A stretch of DNA of 64,000 nucleotides from Octopus vulgaris. Taxonomy: Eukaryota. Position numbers and translations under genes: made by a program. Under the pieces are notes generated by a model. It saw nothing but the letters and a program-made list of their open reading frames with translations. It made no database searches and had not been told where the DNA came from. The DNA is taken from the NCBI GenBank assembly GCA_951406725.2, contig OX597817.1, forward strand, positions 105,958,001 to 106,022,000. Direction: 5' to 3'. This document shows, one piece after another, positions 26,661 through 40,299 of this stretch (position 1 is the first letter of the stretch; the number at the start of each line of letters is the position of its first letter).

Positions 26661-26670
26661 GTGATGATTA
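26170..26670. mobile_element. Interspersed repeat family D with (GAT)n end and internal 23-25 bp tandem units (aaaaggcacccatgccagtgacac-like)
   Basis: gttaggaagggcatccagctgtagaaacc..aacccatgctagcatg..atgatgatg. Opposite-orientation relatives lie near 1420-1580 and 30385-30600. Confidence 0.6.
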
Positions 26671-28233
26671 TCATTGTTATTGTGATTATGGCTAACTAAA
26701 CAATTCAGCATAATATTAAATTAAAACTGTTTTGAAGTTAATATTAAAATAATAGTCAAAGACTAAAAAGCTGTACAGATGCATTTATCACCACCCTTCT
26801 TCGTCCCCAGTACCCACATAAAGATTTTCATCCTTCCCAGAGTGTGATACTGCCAATTTTGAGAAGCACGGAGCTATACTCTCACAATACTATAAAATAG
26901 TAGTGAGGCTAATGAACAAATCACCATTTACATGCAGCATGTAATTATATGAATCACTAATAGTTGGAAAACATATTCTTTTTAAATATACTTCTAACAC
27001 ATATTAATGAAATATTGCTTTAATTAATGCAAATAAATTATGAATTCACTGCAAGTTTTATTGATTTCCCAGTTGAGCTTAATCTCTTGCACTGATCAAT
27101 TAGTGCATTACAAATGTAAGTCTATGTTTTTACTATGTTATAGTTTCAATAAGTATAAATGAATGATTGTCTCCACAAATTTCTTAACACTGCTCATAAA
27201 ACATGCCAAAATTATTAGAGCATTTGTTAAGTTAATGTTATGTCGAGTCTCTTTCATAGGATTCTAAAATCCTACGTACCTTTCGTTTCTTACCTCCATA
27301 ACCTCACTATCTCCAAGGTAATATTGGTGGCATAGTTTCAACATCAATTAACTTCTTGGCAGTATCTTTTTCAATAGAGGTCACTTTTATGCTGGATAAA
27401 TAAGATGTTCCTTACCTTTCCAGTCTTTGTATTTCATTTATCAAGTTACTTCTTACTTATTCATTATTAGTTTGTAGTTTATTTAGAATTATTTAACTGA
27501 ATTACATTTTTTTTTTTCGTTTCTTGTTTGAATTATATACTTCTAGCAATATATCTCATTTGCTATGCCACCTGCAGGGAACTCATTACCTTAAAAACTT
27601 TACGCTCTCTACTTTTATTCTCATCTATTACAATCTATTGTAACAGTCCACTTTTCTAACAATATGTTCATTATCCTTGTTACTGCCTTTTTCCTAAAAC
27701 CCTTTTAAGAAATGAATCCAAAAAAGGAGTCTCTACATGGTTGCTCAAAATAACAGCCAAATTCCTTCAGATAATACATCCTACAATCTTTAAAAAAGGT
27801 AGGACATATTCAACAATGAATATCTAAGATCACAAGAGGAATGTTTGTGATCCTAGATCAAGTTGGTTAGGAATGAGCTGGGCTAAAGAACAACAACAAC
27901 TTTTGACAAGTGCTATCCTTTAACACATGATATTCATTGTTATTTAATGCAGAGTGGCAGAAAGAATTGAACATCTTACTAAATCAAAGAATTTGTTTCT
28001 GCCTTAAGGGATGATAGGAATTTTGTTCAAATCCCTTTCCAGTTTCCAAAGTTCAATAAAATAGAAACCTTGTCATGCTGGGACCTTCTATATAGTTCTC
28101 AAGCCACTAGAAATAGTCAAAATTTTTTCAATTCACACTCTACAATCTTAAAAACAAAGGACACATTTGCCAATGCCAAGCATCATGCTTGAAACTCAAG
28201 AGTACCAACGAATTTGAATCAACCTCTTTTGAT

Positions 28234-28235
<2 letters not shown>

Positions 28236-28272
<37 letters not shown>

Positions 28273-28333
28273 CATACATACATACATACATACATACATA
28301 CATACATACATACATACATGCATACATACATAC
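28236..28333. repeat. (AT)n plus (CATA)n compound microsatellite
   Basis: Direct reading. Confidence 0.95.
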
Positions 28334-29033
28334 CAATGTATGATAAGGAATTTATTGATAAGAACATTTATGCGTGTCACCTTAGTGTATGGCCTACTCG
28401 CCATATACATTTTAGCATGTAGTCTACCTCTACTACAAGAATTTTATACTGCATGATGATATAACAAGTTGAATATTATTAAATAATGATTTATTATTGA
28501 GGACATACAGTTGATCATAAAAATCTAAATCAAAATTTGAATCCTTTAATGAGACATGCTTCGTATATCATTTTGGAATGCTACAAACAAATCTACTGCA
28601 TCTTTTCTCAGTACTTTCTAGCAACTGTGATCAATGTGTGACTAGAAAAGTTCACTACTGACACTTAGAGGGTTAAAAAAGGTAAGCACGGGTAATAAAT
28701 TCATAACATGAAAGGTCACTTTACAGCGTTGAATACAGCTACTTTGTTAGACAACATGCGAAAGTAGCACCTGTTTATGAAATTTCTGCTATGACAAATG
28801 TTATCAAATGTAAAAATAACATTTGTAGTTTCATATTTAATTTTACTATAAACTACAGAAAGACTGACATAATAGCTATTTGCAAATATAAAGAAAGCAT
28901 ATATGAAAATGCACATGTAACTGAGTGCAAGTAAAAAATGTAAAAAAATGATCTACCTCATTTGTCATTCCTGATGAAAACGAATTGAATGACAATCTTG
29001 TAAAGAAAGAAAGACACGTATGAATCAGCTTAC

Positions 29034-29234
29034 CTTTGCCTCCAGCTCGTTTTTTCTTGTCTTTGTTCATTTTATTATTCACCATATCATTGCTTTCACA
29101 AGGTATTGTGCAAGAGAATGTTTTCTCTTTTTTACCACAATTACTTCCTGTTCTCCGGCCAATTTTTTTACCAGATCCACAGACACCCCCATTTACTTTG
29201 CATTCATCAAAAACCCATTTGGAACAACTTTTTC
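29034..29234 (-). CDS. PTN-like: Pleiotrophin/midkine-family gene, coding exon 2: PTN/MK N-terminal domain plus basic linker (RKSCSKWVFDECKVNGGVCGSGKKIGRRTGSNCGKKEKTFSCTIPCESNDMVNNKMNKDKKKRAGGK)
   Basis: ttgtAG acceptor and GTAAGC donor; 201 nt, phase 1-1. The six-Cys pattern C-x2-W-x4-C-x6-C-G-x-G-x3-G-x-R-T-G-x2-C-x5-K-T-x2-C-x-I-P-C matches the pleiotrophin N-domain as I recall it (CGEWQWSVC...GDCGLGTREGTRTGAEC...KTQRCKIPC). Confidence 0.9.
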
Positions 29235-30064
29235 CTACAAAATAAAAGAAAGTATGCATTTTAAGTCAATTTTTTTTCTATAACTGGCCATTATGTTTCA
29301 GATATGAAAAAATAATTTTAGTTGAAGAAAATACACAAGGCTAACTACCCATACACTAAAATATAATATAACCTCCAAAAGTAATGTAAAGTTGAAACAT
29401 ATTTCTATGCAGTGAAATGGAGACAATGCATATCTGAAGTGGAAAAATAGGAACATGAGTTGCTTATTTCTCTTGGTGAAGAATCTTATTTGTATGTTAG
29501 CAACAACTAAACCATTTTCCTTCAGTAAAGTGAAGACTGGAGATATTTAATGTAGTGGAGCAAGAAATTTTAGATAATTAAAATTAATTAAAAACAGGAT
29601 CACTAGGAAGTGAGTTAGAGTATAGTCAGTACAGTGCAAACTGAGGGTATGCTTTGGTCTTGTTAGACCTCATTAGCAAAACACAGTCTAACTGCTATTG
29701 CCAGATCTTAGATGACTAGAGATGAATGTAGAATTTTAGAGAATGAGCACTGAGCAGTGTAATAATTTAAAAGAATGACTGCTGGGTTGGGAATACCAAG
29801 GGTGCTTAACTATTTACCTTTAGTCTATCTCCACTTCATTTCACAGCTAAACATGTGAGAGTACCCGATAACATCAAATGCAAATAAAAAATTATTCACT
29901 TGAAATTTTGTTCCAACAGATTATACGTATCTAAATTTCCAAGTTCAATATAAACTAACTAGAAACATTTATATTAAAATCACACTTTTAACAACAAAAA
30001 AATACTGAATGGAACTAGCTAACAGATAATAGAGGTTCTAAAATGCCTGATCACATAAAAATAT

Positions 30065-30240
30065 TATTTCAAATTTTGACAAAAGCCCAATAATTTCGGG
30101 GGTGTTGATTGCACTGGCCCAATACTCAACTGGGCCCCAAAAGGATAAAAGGTGAAGTCAACCTAGGTGGAATTTCAACTCAGAATGTGAAGATAGAGAA
30201 AATGCTGCTGAGCTAACAATTCTGCCAGCTCACTATCTTT
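30065..30240 (-). mobile_element. SINE family A copy (internally deleted)
   Basis: aaaaggataaaaggtgaagtcaacc..ggaatttcaactcagaa..ttctgccagctcac. Confidence 0.65.
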
Positions 30241-30904
30241 GATCGCGTAAAAGTATTGAAATAGCATATACAAGGTTTAACAGAATTCTTTATATTCTGA
30301 AAAGAAACTGTTGTCTTCAACTGAAATCATACAATACTTTATTGTGATTAGCTGACAACAGATTCAACTTCCAACATGAAAATCATCATCATCATATTGA
30401 TGTCCACTTTTCCATGTTTGCATTAGTTGGATAAAATTTATTGTTGCAGATTTTCTATGGCCAGGTGCCTTTCTTGTTGCCAAACCTCACTTATTTCCAA
30501 AGAAGGTAATTTTTTCTTTAAGGCCAGACATGATCTCACAGAATAGTGAAAGTCAATGATATTGCTTCTATGACAGTGACAATCATTTAAAGCGATACCA
30601 AAACAGAGAGGAACAAACGTCCATACACCCACACTCCAACACACATAGATGTGTATTTTACACACACACGTGTACATACAAAACAGCCTTCTTTCAGTTT
30701 CCATCAGTCAAATCTACTCGTAAGTCTACTGTTGACCTGTAATTATAGTAAAAGTCACTTGCCCAAGGTGCCACACATGCATAAACACACTACATAAAGG
30801 TAAAGTAAGTTACCTTCTGAAGTCATACTGACTCATAAGGGCTGGTTTTCTGGTTTCATGGCGTATATATTCCCTACCTGGATGGGATGCTGCTCTGTTG
30901 CAGG

Positions 30905-31048
30905 ATTACTCATTTTTGCCAGCTGAGTGAACTCGAACAATGTGAAATGAAGTGTTTTGCTCTAGAACATATGTTACCTGGTCCAGGAATCGAAACCACA
31001 ATCTTATGATCATGAGTCCAACACCCTAACCACAAAGCCACGCATCTC
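30905..31048 (-). mobile_element. SINE family C-related head fragment
   Basis: Reverse complement of gtggctttgtggttagggtgttggactcatgatcataagattgtggtttcgattcctggacc. Confidence 0.6.
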
Positions 31049-31556
31049 CACAAACACACTACATTCACAACATACACCCACACACACACACATTCACAAA
31101 CTTGAATACCAATTACAGACATTGAGACAACCTAAAATTCTATACCCATAAGCTAAAATTACTCTTTTGAAACAGAAGACTTGACTAACTAAATAATTTC
31201 TAAATAATTCCAAGTAATCATGACATGTAGAACAAATTTTAAATATATTTTTCATAACTAACATACATGACAAGCTGAATAAGCTCCAAGCAAAGAACTC
31301 CAAATCAACTTAACTAGTACAATAGGCTTTAAGCCATTAACCTAAGTTGAATGATTAACATTCTTAGAATATCTTTTTTATAAATTTCAAAATATCAAGC
31401 TTAGTTAGATCAAGTTTGAAACATTAAAAAGCAAAAATAAATAAATAAATAAAAAAACACGAAAATTATATGCAACAGCAATTCACAAATGTTTCAATAT
31501 ATAACATGATTAATCAAAATATATTTTGTAGAATATTTTCATGATAATCTGCTTAC

Positions 31557-31659
31557 TTTTTAATGCAGCTGCTGGTTTGTCTGCTTGTTGGGCTTTAGCT
31601 ACATCTGTCACTCCAAAAGAGACAGACAGAACACATGTAATAATCCACAGCAGTTTCAT
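31557..31659 (-). CDS. PTN-like: Pleiotrophin/midkine-family gene, coding exon 1: signal peptide MKLLWIITCVLSVSFGVTDVAKAQQADKPAAALK(R)
   Basis: Missing from the ORF track and read by hand. Acceptor tttcAG lies 4 nt upstream of the ATG (31659). It has a hydrophobic signal-peptide core with A-K-A at a likely cleavage site and a GTAAGC donor. 103 nt, phase 1, joins exon 2 in frame (a+ga = Arg). Confidence 0.85.
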
Positions 31660-32406
31660 GATGCTGAAATATAAATAGATAAATTAATTAATCAGTTAAT
31701 TTGAAAAAGAAACATCAACTTCATGAGTTTTGCTCCCCTACACAAGGAGATCTTCAATTAACTATGGATTTAGCATTTTCTTCTGAGCATTACAGGATTA
31801 GAAAGAGAGAGAGAAAAGAAATCTGTATCTACAAGTATACATTAAGTATGAGGGTGTCTTGATCTTTGAGAAAAAGCAATGAAATTTTTCTCAAATATCA
31901 GCCTATCCTCTCTTAGAAAAGGAAGAACATCAGATACACAGCACAAAACAAAAAAAGACTGAAGAGTTATTGGCTGAAGTAACTTACATTAGAGGTCTCT
32001 ATCAGATATGACCTGATACTAAAGAACAAGTATGACAGATGAACCAACAAGAGAGTCCTCTAAGCAGTCACTCAATAAGCTTCAAATACCTGCCAATTTT
32101 GTCTCAAATCACACTCTACTGTCTGAAACAGTGGTTCTCAACCATTTTTTACTTATAGACCAATTTAGGCCTCTTTGATTCTTATTTTACTTAGGTGGAT
32201 CTTCATAAACATTCGATGTTTAGAAAGTTCTATTATATTTTAAAAATTAAATATCATTAGGGATTGTATAAAAAACATTTTAAAATATCTGGTGTATTGT
32301 TGAAGTATAAGTAATTTATTGCAGGTAAACTTTAACAAAAAAATCTTATATAGATCCCAAGGGTCGTATGAACCCTGGTTGAAAAGGAAATAAGGATGTA
32401 TTAGAT

Positions 32407-32527
32407 CAATGCTCTGCAACCTTTTTTCACTTGCAGCACACTTATATTCTTTTCAAAATTCAGCAGGACACCTGACCTAAAAATATAACTAAAAGTATAG
32501 GGAAAGTATACCGTTTGTGGAGCACTG
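32407..32527. mobile_element. hAT-type MITE (121 bp)
   Basis: Imperfect TIRs caatgctctgcaacc / gtttgtggagcactg flanked by an exact 8-bp target-site duplication, tattagat. Confidence 0.75.
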
Positions 32528-32841
32528 TATTAGATAATGGAGTCTAAGTTACTAAAATAGTCTAAAAAAATAATAATAAACAGAAGGATCATAGTTGGAA
32601 TGCTTTGGATTAAGTCTGCTCAGTCAGGGATAATCTAGAGCTAAACAATAGCAACAAGTATGATAAAAATATCCTTAAGTAATTGTGGTTCCACTGATGA
32701 CTAGCATCTTCATGAAGTGAATTTAGAAGAGTTTAGCCTAGAATAAAGTATTTGTTCTTCTTGAATCTCTCACAATATGAAGATGTTAAGGTAAATATTT
32801 CAAACTAAAGAATCATTTGTTAATTGTACAATTAATTCTTT

Positions 32842-33060
32842 AAGATGGTGAGCTGGCAGAATCATTAGCATGCTGGGGAAAATGCTTAGTGGCGTATTGT
32901 CCGTCTTTACTTTCTAAGTTCAAATCCCTTCGAGATTGACTTTGCCTTTCATCATTTGAGGGTCAATAAAAAAAATACCAGTTGAACACAGGGGTCAATC
33001 TAGTTAACTTATCCTCGCCACCTCAAATCGCTGGCCTTGTGCCAAAACTTGAAAGCAATT
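32842..33060 (+). mobile_element. SINE family A copy
   Basis: ggtgagctggcagaatcattagca..tttgcctttcatc..ctggccttgtgccaaaa. Confidence 0.8.
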
Positions 33061-33124
33061 ATACAAGGTTCCTGTATGAGGTAGACCTAAACATACAAAA
33101 GACAGGATGGTCATGGCTAGAGCA

Positions 33125-33370
33125 CCTTTGACCGATGCACAGAGAAGAGCAGAAAGAGCAGGAGATACAGTAAATGATGTTGCTAGAAGTGCGGGTAAAG
33201 GAGTCAGTGATATGATAAGGACGATGATGGGTGCCTGTGAGGATGGTGGTGTTGGAGAGATAGGGACAAGTGGGCAAATACAGCGGCGTGGGCGGGAGCA
33301 CGGGAACGAGCCGGGCTGGGAGGTGGGGTTAGGGAAGAAATTGTGGACCAGGTCACGTAGGTTGTAGGCT
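33125..33370 (-). mobile_element. Penelope-like retroelement fragment (GIY-YIG endonuclease N-terminal part)
   Basis: Translation TCPYLSNTTILTG..YHITDSFTRTSSNIIYCISCSFCSSLCIGQ matches the PLE motif FTCxSxNxIYxIxCxxC..YIGxT. Truncated. Confidence 0.75.
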
Positions 33371-33607
33371 CATTTGGAGGAGGGGAAGGTAAGCTCCGAG
33401 CCTTCCGGTGACTCCAGTCCGACCCCTCCACTTCGCACATCTTCCCCAAACTACCTTCATTTACTACATTGGCACGGGCTGAAGGCGAAGGAAGTGAACA
33501 AAAAAGATTAAATTATGTAGTTCTTAGAGCCATTGGCGTCTATTTCTAGCATGTGACGCCACTCATTAGTGCCCTTATTATAATTATATTTATACAATTA
33601 TTTATTT

Positions 33608-33692
<85 letters not shown>

Positions 33693-33731
33693 TGTGTGTG
33701 CATATATACATAAAATATATATATATAAGTA

Positions 33732-33828
<97 letters not shown>

Positions 33829-33871
33829 CATTGTGTGTGCATATAAACATAAAAATATATATATATAAGTA

Positions 33872-33958
<87 letters not shown>
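33608..33958. repeat. Compound (TG)/(TA)/(GA)/(TC) microsatellite with a duplicated spacer (gacattgtgtgtgcatat..aagtatctctc)
   Basis: The spacer occurs twice, near 33688 and 33827. Confidence 0.9.
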
Positions 33959-33960
<2 letters not shown>

Positions 33961-34655
33961 AATAGATTGATACATACATACATACATGGGCACACACATG
34001 CACGCGCACACACACACACACACTCACATGCATGCACCCACATCAATACCTCGATTAACAAAATTAATGTTCCTCTTTTTTAAATATCTTTGTTATGAGG
34101 TAAAGGCAAAAAACAGTTTTCATGCAGATTAGGTTTTTTTTTTTATTAATTATTGAAATAAATGGAAATTTACATTACAGCATGTCTACAAAGGAAAAAT
34201 CGTTTGAACAAATTTATATATATAATTCAATCAAAAGCATTATACACTTTCTTTATTTCATCAAACATACACAGACACCACTCATACACATGCATACATT
34301 TATATGATAAATACCACATGTCTTACAATAAACACTACTTGCTCTGATATACAGTACACACATGCACACATGCATGCACTCACTCACACACATACATACA
34401 TTAATATGCGAAATATTTCACGCACAAAACTCTTTGAACATTATATACATTCACAGACAAATATCCACATAAAGTGATACCAGTTTCCCTTTGGACAAAC
34501 TCAGCACAAATAACACAGATGTATACACACACCCATCAATTTGTCGGCTCCTGATTCCCCAACCCTACACATACACATACAAAAAACAAGCGTTTTCCAT
34601 ACATCCGCTGTTCACTTTCATCTCACACATTAACAGACATAATCAACCCCTTTGA

Positions 34656-34945
34656 AGGCACGTGGTTAAGTGGTTAGGACAATCGGCTCACGAGCGTAAG
34701 GTTGTGAGTTCGATTCTCGGCAGCGCGTTGTGTCCTTGAGCAAGACACTATATTTCATGTTGCTTTAGTCCACTCAGCTGGAGAAAATGAGTAACACCTG
34801 TATTTCAAAGGGCCAGCTTTATTACATTCTGAATTTCCTTGAGAACTACATTAAGGGTATCTGTGTCTGTGGGGTGCTCAGCCACTTACACGCTAGTTTC
34901 ATGAGCCAGCTGTTCCGTTTGTGGCATCGACTGGAACCCACGTCA
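34656..34945 (+). mobile_element. tRNA-derived SINE family C
   Basis: ggcacgtggttaagtggttagg..gagttcgattc..ccttgagcaagacac..gagaactacattaaggg, sharing its 3' part with 11962-12350. Confidence 0.7.
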
Positions 34946-36901
34946 TGGAGTATGCCAGTTACTAAATCCTAATTTCAGACACACATACACACACACACAC
35001 ACACTATTTTCCTTTATTTGCAAAACGCAAACACACAAACACAATAAATCATAAGCGCATACGAACAATCACACATACAAACGAATTAACACTACTTACC
35101 TTCTCTATATGCAATGCACACACACACACGCATACATTAAAACAATAAATCACACACACACACACATACATTAAAAGCAATAAATCACACACACACATAC
35201 ATTAAAACAATAAATCTTACACAAACATACATATGTTGACGCAAACATAATAGTCCAGCTACCTATATTTTTGACCCAACAATGTTGTAACCCATACACA
35301 AACGTATACTATAAGACAGAGGCACATAATGTATACACAGCAATTCTATACACACACATACACACATATATATACACATACATACATACATACATACATA
35401 CATACATACATACATACATACATGCATACATGCATGCATGCACGCACAATACATAAACTCACACACTGGAATACACATAGATCTCTATCTGAACATTAAA
35501 TACAATATTTAAGGACCTCTAAAACAGGGGTTCACTCAAGGCTTCAGTCTGGGTTCAGAGATCCAATGAGAGAAGGAGCAATGTTTAATATCTAACAAGT
35601 CCTATTAAAAAAGAAAGAAGAGAAAAAGAAATGGAAACCTCCCCACTCTGCATCCAAATATATTGAGGTGGGAATCTTCCATGTCAGCCAACTGAAAAGT
35701 CTTGCCCAGCAGATCAAATCCTGCTAGATCAAATCAACATAGTATTTGCTCTCCTGAAAGTCAATAAAATGAGTGTCCTACTAGAGTTGAAATAATTACC
35801 GAGGGAAAGAAGATGGTAGAGAGATGACTTAAGAACCCTTGATTCCAGCTGCTCGAACATAATTTCTTCTTCTAACTTCTTCACTTCCAAACTGTACTTT
35901 AGAAACTATAGATTTTGGCATCTGGTCAACTCAAGAGTGCCATAAAACTTGTTGAGAATTGCTTGTTAATCTATGCAGATGACAATAAATACACACACAC
36001 ACACGCTCACACACCAACAGTCACACATGCACACACACGCATACACTCACACAATTATAAAATCAAGCACGCATAGTATCTGGATTATGTTTCCTTTTTC
36101 CTTCCTAATACAAGGAAATTGCTCTCATATGATTTTGAGATAGAATTGATGGTATGAAGATAAATTACAAATTCTTTCTTTTCGTCGTATTTAGCTTGAT
36201 GCCCAGCGTTGTTTTTTTTTAATGATCAACTTAGCACCTAACTATTCTGTGGTTGGTAAAAATAAGTAAATATATGATACAAGAATTTAAGGAAGGTTGA
36301 TGGAGAAAAAAGGTCTATGATAAGAGGAAACCAAAACACTGAAAGGAAACTATTTCTAAGTAAGATAAAGATTGGTAAGAAATATTTCCTGAGGAAAAAA
36401 AATTGCAAGGAAATTGTGAATTCAAGTCGAAAACGTATTTTCCAGTAAATCCATTTCTGATAATTTTACCATTATCCCAACTTCTCAAAGCTGGTGCCCA
36501 TTTCCTCAACAATTTCCTCTCATCAAACATCTCATCCTGATATATTATTCAACACACTTGCTTCCTTTCCCCAACCACATTAAGCAGCTGATTTTTCTTT
36601 CTTTTGGCTTGACCATCATCCAATCTTCTTGCTAAGGTCATTCAAATGTAATAAGTTGACAGCTTCTCATTGCTATCTGCCAGCCATTATTATTGGAGTT
36701 AAGATAGGGAAGATAAATTTGCTATTAAAATAACACGATAAACAAATGAAGAAGAAATTGGTATCTAATTTTATCTGCTCCTTTACAGAAACTTTACCAA
36801 TTTCCTACATAGGTTTGTGTACAAACACATGACCCAGTGAGGAAACCTCTAGGGAAATCTCTAGTAATAGCAACCAAATTTCTCTCAAATCATACTATAT
36901 A

Positions 36902-36956
<55 letters not shown>

Positions 36957-38099
36957 CTATATCTTTATTGCCCACAGGGGGCTAACGATTCTGCCAGCTC
37001 GCCGCCCTAATATATATATATACACACACATATATATATATGACAATTGAAATGATTCAAGAGGGTTGACCTAGGACTAAAATAACAATGATACACTAAA
37101 AAACACAGACACACGTGATTTATTTTCTTGTGTGTGTGTGTGTAATTCTTCAATATTTATCTCCAAATAAATTAAATACGTAGACTATTTTAACACGTAC
37201 TTAAATGAATAATGCACCTTAGTTCAGTGGTTCTCAATATTTTTGATTTCATGATGCACTGGAGATCAAACAAAAACACATCTGAGGCAGTTTACGTCGA
37301 AAGTTAAAAGTAAAAAGGTTCAATTCTTTGCCTGTCTAAAGCATTTTCATAAATTTGTCCTAAACGTACACGCTTGTGTTCAGTCTCTTCAGACTCTTGC
37401 TTGAAACGGATGCTCCCGTGCTTGTTCTAGTAATTCAACCATTTTGCTCCTGTCTACGCCGTACCCTAAACCTTCCCATCATTTTTTTCTCTTGTTAGCT
37501 TACCTCATCTATAAGTTTCTATAGATCAGATGATTATTGCACTAAAGTGCATGCGTTAAGTAATGAACAATATAAAAATTAAAATATAAAACAAAAGATT
37601 ACATATTTTTAGTTCTCCAACCACCATCGCTCTTAGTAACACGACGACGACCACTACCCCTAGTAACACGACAACCACCTCCACACTTCTTATCAGCAAC
37701 AAGGTTCAGTCCAAATTATTTGCCGATCGAGATTATTTTCATTGCTTTTCTTTTTTTTCATTTCATTTTAGCTCAACTAGCCATCTGATTGTATGTCTTT
37801 TGATATACCTGTAGATCTGTCTTATATACTTACCTCCGACCATACTTATACATATACAATCCGCCTATCTATTTAGCTATCCATTTTTCTTTCTATCAGT
37901 CTACTCGGACAATACGGGTACATATTTAAACCTAACAACAATAACAAAAAGAAACAAAACAAAACAATGACTATATCAAGTCACTCATCCGTCTAACTTC
38001 TATCCGTTCATGTAGCTATCTATGGGGATAGATAGATAGATACATTGACGAGTAAAGGATATAGAAACGTTTGAACATTAAACCTGCAACAACAAATAA

Positions 38100-39300
38100 C
38101 TCCTAATATTCTATTAGATGACGTTTAAAATTATGTAACTGCACAGACGTGCTATTTGAAATATATCGACGCATCACGACAAGTTTGAGTGTTTTCCCCG
38201 CCCACGTTTCTTTCAGTAAACATACACACACATCTCTATTTCTCTCTCTCCCCTCCTCTCAACAATTCACATTCTCCTGTGCCAAACACGTTCTATTTCT
38301 GTCTCTCTCTATCTCTTCCTTCAAGTAACTATTTAAGAATGTAACATATCGATCCCTTTCTCCTAGCTCTCGCCACTGACACTCTTCCCTCTCTTCCTTT
38401 TCGCCTTTCCCTTCAACTAACCACATAGCAATGGCATCATATATTTGGGCTAAATGTATTAATATCTAGATCTACATTTATTTGAAAACAACATCAAGAA
38501 ACATATGCCGAAACCGAATTTAGATCGCTGAATCATCTTGAAAACTAAAGCCTGTAAGAAACAAGCCAGAGATAAAACTATCGAATGAGTGACTTGTAGG
38601 ATTTGGTATCACTTTATTTGCTCGAATTTTTCAATAAATTTTATGTTTGTTCATAATGGATTCAAAGACAAAAATGTATTTACAGAGAAAACTGAATGAG
38701 AACACTTTAAGAAACTGAAAACCGATTACATTCAACCAAAAGACGAAAACAACTCGGTTATGAAAACTTTAATTTGGGGACGAAAATGATACATGTTCAG
38801 CCAACCATCTGCGGTTTCTACAAATTAAAATTTTTTTTTCATGGCTTCGAAAAGACTGTGGGCAATCAATGTACCATACTCTTTCGATAAACTGATAACG
38901 TCTGGAAATTTTTTGATAACGAAAAGTTAAACACGATGTTGACGGGCGCATTCCAGCGAGAAAAGTATGACATAAATGTCATTAATGAAGCTCTCGAAAA
39001 TTACTAAGCCCATTTTGTCGAGAAGGGGGAGCAGGATAAAATTCAAAACCTATGGTGCTTTGTGGATGGTCGGAAGCTATCACAAAAGTGAAATTTTCAA
39101 ATTCCCGTCAAAAATGTCAAATCGGCTTCAATAGTACGAAGAGCATCTTTACCGACCAGTTCAGTGTTGACTGCTTCGCACACCCTGACTAGATCTGGGA
39201 GTCGCGCCAGTAGAACGCTCCATCACTAACATATAAGTACAACGCAAAGAAAAGCACCACCAAGCGTTATAGAAATGCAATAACGGGTGGTTTAAAATAC
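38100..39300 (-). promoter_or_regulatory. Candidate promoter / non-coding first exon region of the PTN/MK-like gene
   Basis: The ATG exon starts with a splice acceptor, so an upstream 5'UTR exon is implied. This segment is locally CpG-rich and non-repetitive, with a TATA-like cttatat (about 39231-39237, minus) and a cg|GTAAAG donor at 39152. An alternative strong donor gag|GTAAGT lies near 37833. Confidence 0.3.
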
Positions 39301-40299
39301 ACAACAAAACCTCTGTTACATGTAATTACTCAAACGTGATGGTGAAATTTAGGGTCAGTAACATCAAACCAACGGGTGATGCTGCTGCTAATGCTTGAGG
39401 GGAACATAGTGATAGTAATAAACTTTGGTGCATGACCATATCGTTTGTTTTTTTTCTTATCATAATATATATATATATTGATCATAATTCTAGCATTTAT
39501 AGAAACTTAAAAGATAAAAGCTTCCGACATATTAAGAAAAATCTCGACGATTTCAAAATAATGTATTTATTTCAATACTAGATCTGTTTCGAAAGTTTAA
39601 AATTATTATTATGTATCTTCATCTCATTTTTTGTTTGCCATTATTATCATTATCATTACCATTATCATTATAATCGTTACCGAAAATTTATTTACTCCAC
39701 ATGATTCTTTATCACAACCTTTTGTGTTGACTGACAGATAAAGATTTCTGGTGAGGCTGTCTTAGCAAATGTAAACAAAGCAATATATATATACACAACA
39801 CTACTTTTATTAATTCCAACACTTGGTGTGCACCTGCCAGTCCCACTGGCGAATTGCTGTGGGTAGACATAAATTTTTCAGCAGTGAAACTGTGCTCTTG
39901 CTGCAATATTATAGAGCACTAATTTTGTCGCGATCCATTTTCCATAACAGAAACTAAGAAAACATTTCTTTAAAATTCAAGCCATAACTTTAAGATATTA
40001 TTGGAGAATTTTAACCTTTAAGGAATTGATCAGTCCGTACCTCTCAGCTCAAGTAGTTTTACAACTGACTATTTTGACTTCATTCTTATCCGAAAGTACC
40101 CATGAATGTAGATACATTGGACAAAAATAAACATAAATTTTTTGTGGTCAATCCGTTTCAATGTAGTGACATTAAGAATTCTTTCGTTGGGTACTCTCTC
40201 AATTCATGACTACAAATGCTATCCATTTGCTAAAAGTATATTTTTCGTAAAGCTGATTTTAATGTCAAAGGGCGATATTTATATAGTATAGAATGGAAT

